NCBI GenBank assembly: GCA_002269645.1
Contig: NIVC01002166.1
Span: 1 to 64,000, forward strand
Direction of reading: 5' to 3'
Origin: Macrostomum lignano
Taxonomy: Eukaryota
Length of the DNA: 64,000 nt
The first letter of the stretch is position 1. Each line of letters opens with the position of its first letter. Below, piece by piece: positions 57,907 through 64,000 of this stretch. The position numbers and the translations under genes are program-made. A model generated the notes under the pieces. The model was not told where the DNA came from. It saw nothing but the letters and a program-made list of their open reading frames with translations, and did no database searches.

Positions 57907-60867
57907 TCAAAAGAACTCGGAGTCCGAGCTCTGGCTGGTGTCGCCTCCGCCTCCGCTGCGACCGGCAGCTCCGCCGTCCCGATGCGTTACGCCGCCATCG
58001 TTGTCGACCTCGGCGCTAACAGCGGCAGTGGCGGCTGCTCCGCCAGATGCGTCGCAGTCGTCTTCGTTGGCCTGCAGCAGCGAGGAGCGAGACCGGAGCA
58101 GCAGGCGGGAGAAGCTGGGGAACATGGCGGCCAGGAGCAGCTGCAGGCACTCGGCTGTGCGGGCCGAGCTGGCGCAGGCCAGAGCGGGTACGCCGCCTTC
58201 GGCGTCGGCGCAGAATAGGTTGGCCTTCTTGCTGATCAGGTGCTCAACAACGCCGGGCAGGCCGTTGCCGGCTGCCAGGTGGATTGGCCCTCTACCAGCG
58301 CTGTCCAGCTGCGGCAGGACCAAGGCGAGACAAGGCGTGCGGTTAGCGCGGGTGGCAACCACTTGCAGCAAGAATTGAAGGTTGCTTAGGGATTTCGGGT
58401 CAATTGAGGACTTTGGGTCACTTGGGGACTTTTGGTTAATTGGGGATTTTGGGTCAGTTAGGGACTTTAGGTCACTTGTGGATTTTGGGTCAGTTAGGGA
58501 CTTTAGGTCACTTGTGGATTTTGGGTCAGTTAGGGACTTTAGGTCACTTGTGGATTTTGGCTCAGTTAGGGACTTTAGGTCACTTGTGGATTTTGGCTCA
58601 GTTAGGGACTTTAGGTCAGTTAGGGATTTTGGGTCACTTGTGGATTTTGGCTCAGTTAGGGACTTTAGGTCAGTTAGGGATTTTGGGTCAGTTAGGGACT
58701 TTGGGTTAGTTAGGGATTTTGGGTCACTTGTGGATTTTGGGTCAGTTAGGGACTTTAGGTCACTTGTGGATTTTGGCTCAGTTAGGGACTTTAGGTCAGT
58801 TAGGGATTTTGGGTCAGTTAGGGACTTTGGGTTAGTTAGGGATTTTGGGTCACTTGTGGATTTTGGGTCAGTTAGGGACTTTAGGTCAGTTAGGGATTTT
58901 GGGTCAGTTAGGGACTTTGGGTTAGTTAGGGACTTTAGGTCACTTGTGGATTTTGGGTCAGTTAGGGACTTTAGGTCAGTTAGGGATTTTGGGTCACTTG
59001 AGGACTTTGGGTCACTTGGGGACTTTAGGTCAGTTAGGGATTTTGGGTCAGTTAGGGACTTTGGGTTAGTTAGGGATTTTGGGTCACTTGGGGACTTTGG
59101 GTTAGTTAGGGATTTTGGGTCACTTGAGGACTTTGGGTCACTTGGGGACTTTAGGTCAGTTAGGGATTTTGGGTCAGTTAGGGACTTTGGGTTAGTTAGG
59201 GATTTTGGGTCACTTGGGGACTTTGGGTTAGTTAGGGATTTTGGGTCACTTGGGGACTTTGGGTCACTTGGGGATTTTGGCTACCAGGAAACAAAGGTCA
59301 TATAAAGACATGAAATAAAGGATTTAACGAGGAGTCCCTGTTTACATGTAGAATAGAAAAAACTTGACTCAATAGAGGATAGAATTGAAAAACAATCACT
59401 CCGACACTCATCACTCACAGCATTGATGAGATCCGGATCCACGATCCGCTCCAATAGGAGAAGAGCGGCTCCCTCGTCGCTAGTAGAGCAGGCGTGATGC
59501 AGACAGGTCCTGCCGTCGGCGTCAACCACCGACACGGAGGCGCCGGCATCAAGCAACAGGCTGGTGGCAGCGGCGCGCGCCTTGCCGGCTGCCAGCAGAA
59601 GCGGCGTAGCGCCTTCAGCGTCGGCGACGTCAACGGTGGCGCCGTAGCGAAGCAGCAGGCTGGCCGCTTCGCAGTGATCGCCGTGCGCGGCGGCGTGCAG
59701 CGGGGTTCGACCACGCGAGTCGCGTCCGTCCACCTGGGCGCCGGCCTCTAGCAGGAGCTCAACGCAGGTGTCGTGGCCGCGGCCGGCGGCGCAGTGCAGC
59801 GGGCTGTAGGAGTTCCAGGCGCGCCAGACTGGCTTCTGCTCTCCCGAGGCTGGCGGTGCCGGCGGTGTCGGCGGATGCCGCTGCAGCAGCAGCTCGACGC
59901 AGCGCGTGAAGCCATGGTAGGCGGCGTAGTGCAGCGCCGAGTAGCCTTTGGCGTCGATGCTGGCCGCAGCTTCGGGGTTGTTGCCGATGGCCGTGAGCAG
60001 GCGGTCGGTGGTGGCCTCGTGGCCGCAGGCGGCCGTCATGTGCAGCGCGTGGCGCTTTCGAAAATCGCGCGCCAGCGGATTGGCGCCAACTTTGATAAGC
60101 AGCTCAGTGCAGTCGTCGTGACCGTTGGCGGCGGCACGGTGCAGGGCGGTCCTCTCGTAGACGTCGGGCATCTGCGAATCGGCGCCTACCTTCAACAGCA
60201 GGCGGGCGGCCTCCAGGTGGCCGTTCTGGGCGGCCAGCATCAGCGGCGTGCGGTCGTGCGCATCGGCGCTGTCGATCAGCGGCCGGCCTCCGCGGCTCCA
60301 CAGCATCGCCTGGAGGACGCCGACGTGGCCAGCAGCGGCGGCGTAGTGAAGGCCGTTCCAGCCGAACAGGCCGTCCACCATCTCCAGTGCACAGCCGCTG
60401 CTGTCCAGCAGGGTCTTAACTGCGCCCAGGTGGCCCTGGTGGGCGGCCAGGTGCAGCGGCGTGCGGCCCTGCGGATCGGCGGCCGAATTTGCGGGACTCT
60501 CCGGGGCCAGGTGCTTGGCCAGGAGGCTCAACACCTCATCGTGGCCGTGATAGGCGGCCAGGTGCTGCGGGCTCGGCGAAGAGTTCCAAGCGGCCCGGAG
60601 CACGGTGGCCCTGGTGGCGTCCAGCAGGCGGGCGACGGTGTGCCGGCTGCCAGCGCGGGCGGCGAAGTGCAGCGGCAGCAGCGGGCCGAGCTCGGGGAAT
60701 TCAGCCGTCTGGCACGGATCGGCGCCGTGCAGCAGCAGCTGATCGGACAGCTGCGGGTCGCTGGCGGCGGCCAGGTGCAGCGGCGTGAGGCCCTGCCTGT
60801 CCGCCTGGCCCGGCAGGGAGCCGCCGTTCAACTGAGGGGCGAAGACGGAGAGGCATAGGATTAACGG

Positions 60868-60928
<61 letters not shown>

Positions 60929-60933
60929 CACAC

Positions 60934-60971
<38 letters not shown>

Positions 60972-62771
60972 GGACAGACAGACGGCAGCTCACCAGAGTC
61001 ACAGCCGCATTCCGATGCCCCTTGGCGGCGGCATAGTGCAGCGGAGTCCGGCCCACCGAGTCCAGGGCATTGGGATCGGCGCCCTTGCCTAGCAGATATT
61101 CGACGCACTCAACGCGCCCACCAACGGCGGCCGCATGCAGGCAAGTTCGGCCGAATGCGTCAAGCCGGCCGATGGCCAGCGGCTGGGCCAGCGTGAGCCG
61201 CTGGACGCAGTCAAAATAGCCGGACAGGCAGGCAAGATGCAGCGGCGTGAGCTGGCTGGGCCCGACTGGCCGGTCAGGCGAGGCGCCGGCCTTCATCATC
61301 ACGTCAAGGAAGAGGTCGTGGCCTCGCATCGCGGCGACGCTGAGCGGAGTGTAGCCGGAGGCATCGACAGAGTCGGGCACGGCGCCGGCGGCCAGCAGCG
61401 ACTGGGCGCGAGTGAACCGGCCGTGAACAGCGGCCATGTGAAGTGGAGTGCGGCCCTCCAGGCAGACCGCGTTCACGTTGGCATCCTCGTGAATTAGCCA
61501 GTCTAGGCACTGAGCGCTGTGCGTGCCTGCAATGTAATGATTTGAAATGAAGGTGAGAAGGTGCTTCTTCTCAGGGTTGAACATACACTTAAGGGGGGTG
61601 GTCGGTGTTGCATGTACTCTAGGGAGGCTGGGTGGTCGGTGTCGCATGTACTCTAGGGAGGCTGGGTGGTCGGTGTTGCATGTACTCTAGGGAGGCTGGG
61701 TGGTCGGTGTTGCATGTACTCTAGGGAGAGGCTGAGGTGGTCGGTGTTGCATATACTCTAGGGAGAGGCTGGGTGGTCGGTGTCGCATGTACTCTAGGGG
61801 GAGGCTGGGTGGTCGGTGTTGCATGTACTCTAGGGAGAGGCTGGGTGGTCGGTGTTGCATGTACTCTAGGGAGGCTGGGTGGTCGGTGTTGCATGTACTC
61901 TAGGGAGAGGCTGGGTGGTCGGTGTTGCATGTACTCTAGGGAGAGGCTGGGTGGTCGGTGTTGCATGTACTCTAGGGAGAGGCTGGGTGGTCGGTGTTGC
62001 CTGTACTCTAGGGAGAGGCTGGGTGGTCGGTGTTGCATGTACTCTAGGGAGAGGCTGGGTGGTCGGTGTTGCATGTACTCTAGGGAGAGGCTGAGGTGGT
62101 CGGTGTTGCATATACTCTAGGGAGAGGCTGGGTGGCGGGTGTCGAATGTACTCTAAGGGAGGCTGGGTGGCGGGTGTCGCATGTACTTTAAGGGAGGCTG
62201 GGCAAAGGCCGCAGCACGCACCCGCAGCGGCCAGATGAATGGCAGTCTGTCCCAGCTGGTTCTGAGCCTCCAGCTCCACCCCGGCCAGCTCGGAGCACAG
62301 CTGGTCGTTGCCATTGAGGCAGGCCACGTGCAGCGGCGTGTTGCCCTGCAGGGTGGCCGCGTTGACGTCGGCACCCAGGTCGACCAGCTTGCGCGCGGCG
62401 AAGATATTGCCGCAGGCGGCGGCCGTGTGCAGCGGAGTGAAGGCCTGCTTATCGCGAGCGTTGATCTCAGCGCCGTGGCGGACCAGCAGGTCGATGAGAT
62501 CCACGCTGCCGTTGTAGGCGGCCCAGTGCAGGGCGCGCCGGTCGCGCTTGTCGAATGCGTTGACCATGTCCGGCGAGCGGGACAGCAGAAGCTCGGCCAC
62601 TTCCGGGTGGCCGTTGAATGCGGCATGGTGCAGCGCCGTGTGGCCAGCCCGATCGCTGACGTTCGGATTAGTCAGATGAGGCAATAGAAGCTGGGCGCAC
62701 TCAACCGCATTGTTGGCGGCGGCCACGTGCAGCGGGGTCTGCCAGTTGCGATCGCGGCATTGGACCTCGGC
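57907..62771 (-). CDS. ANKRD28: PP6 regulatory ankyrin-repeat subunit (ANKRD28/44/52 family), 3' four exons; the 5' exons lie beyond the window
   Basis: Exons 62771-62222 (WQTPLHVAAANNAVECA, VSDRAG, NAFDKRDRRALHWAAY), 61526-60994 (GTHSAQCL, PLHMAAVHGRFTRAQ), 60831-59419 and 58308-57907 (ends SDSEFF). Many TPLH ankyrin repeats with compatible phases. Probably a co-ortholog of the three vertebrate paralogs. Confidence 0.88.
58390..59280. repeat. Intronic minisatellite, 18-bp unit TTAGGGACTTTAGGTCAG and variants
   Basis: Visible array in the last ANKRD intron. Confidence 0.93.
60868..60985. repeat. (CAGA)n microsatellite inside a 162-nt intron
   Basis: Directly visible. Confidence 0.93.
61595..62195. 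repeat. Intronic minisatellite, 34-36-bp unit GCATGTACTCTAGGGAGAGGCTGGGTGGTCGGTGTT
   Basis: Visible array. Confidence 0.93.
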
Positions 62772-63104
62772 CTGGGCATTGGGAAGGCATTGGGGCGGCT
62801 AAGAGGTTGTCTATGGGCTAAGCTGTGCGGCCTCGGCTGCGATCGATAGTTACTTGGACTCGCTTATGAGTGATTTATGATCCTTTTTAAAACACTTTTG
62901 CCTAAATTTATGAGCGTAATTGTAGTTGTTTGGCATCATTTATAAGCGGTTTCCGAGTGGTTAAGCTATATTTATGAGCGATTCATAAGTTTCAGCATCA
63001 TGTATGAGTGATTTTTATTGTATTTTGCCTAGTTTATGGGCGCTTTCTAGCGGTTATTTCTCATTCGTTAGCGTTTATTAAATTTTTCATTGATGGTCTT
63101 ATTG

Positions 63105-63950
63105 GCGAGCAATGAATGGCTCAACTGCTTCAGGTCTCATTGGTGAGCTATGGCTAAACTGCTTCAGGTCTCATTGTGATGAATGGCTCAACTGCTTCAG
63201 TTCTCATTGGTGAGCAATGGCTCAACTGCTTCAGGTCTCATTGTGATGAATGGCTCAACTGCTTCAGGTCTCATTGGTGAGCAATGGCTCAACTGCTTCA
63301 GGTCTCATTGTGATGAATGGCTCAACTGCTTCAGGTCTCATTGTGATGAATGGCTCAACTGCTTCAGGTCTCATTGGTGAGCAATGGCTCAACTGCTTCA
63401 GGTCTCATTGTGATGAATGGCTCAACTGCTTCAGGTCTCATTGTGATGAATAGCTCAACTGCTTCAGGTCTCATTGATGAGCAATGGCTCAACTGCTTCA
63501 GGTCTCATTGGTGAGCAATGGCTCAACTGCTTCAGGTCTCATTGTGATGAATGGCTCAACTGCTTCAGGTCTCATTGTGATGAATGGCTCAACTGCTTCA
63601 GGTCTCATTGGTGAGCAATGGCTAAACTGCTTCAGGTCTCATTGGTGAGCAATGGCTCAACTGCTTCAGGTCTCATTGTGATGAATGGCTCAACTGCTTC
63701 AGTTCTCATTGTGATGAATGGCTCAACTGCTTCAGGTCTCATTGGTGAGCAATGGCTCAACTGCTTCAGGTCTCATTGTGATGAATGGCTCAACTGCTTC
63801 AGGTCTCATTGTGATGAATGGCTCAACTGCTTCAGGTCTCATTGGTGAGCAATGGCTCAACTGCTTCAGGTCTCATTGTGATGAATGGCTCAACTGCTTC
63901 AGGTCTCATTGGTGAGCAATGGCTCAACTGCTTCAGGTCTCATTGGTTGT
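63105..63950. repeat. Intronic minisatellite, 33-34-bp unit AATGGCTCAACTGCTTCAGGTCTCATTGTGATG
   Basis: Visible array. Confidence 0.94.
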
Positions 63951-64000
63951 TGCAATGTCAGTCTCATCGGTATATTTTAAATATATTTTAGCCAAAGAAC

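Overview
This is eukaryotic (metazoan) genomic DNA: GC-rich exons, GT-AG introns, and most long introns filled by their own minisatellite. Two spliced-leader-like sequences, a USP gene, a WSC-domain gene and the minisatellite-filled introns point to a flatworm, most likely Macrostomum (inference). Genes reconstructed by hand: a rhodopsin-type GPCR (-, 3 single-base frameshifts, apparently nested in a LYST intron); the 3' part of LYST (+); a complete 15-exon ADAM metalloprotease (-); a secreted WSC+PAN protein (+); a degenerate GT31-like glycosyltransferase (+); a mucolipin/TRPML (+); a universal stress protein (+); a small secreted orphan (+); and the 3' part of ANKRD28/44/52 (-). Mobile DNA: an internally deleted Ngaro/PAT-type tyrosine-recombinase retroelement with intact split direct repeats, about 6 copies of a tRNA-derived SINE, and probable non-autonomous DNA elements. 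About 30 tandem arrays account for most long low-complexity ORFs in the supplied track. The most notable items are two mutually homologous SL-RNA-derived loci (5.0-5.2 kb and 54.9 kb), the mini-Ngaro, and minisatellites that copy a splice acceptor or flank exons in inverted orientation. All annotation was done by eye and no database search was run.
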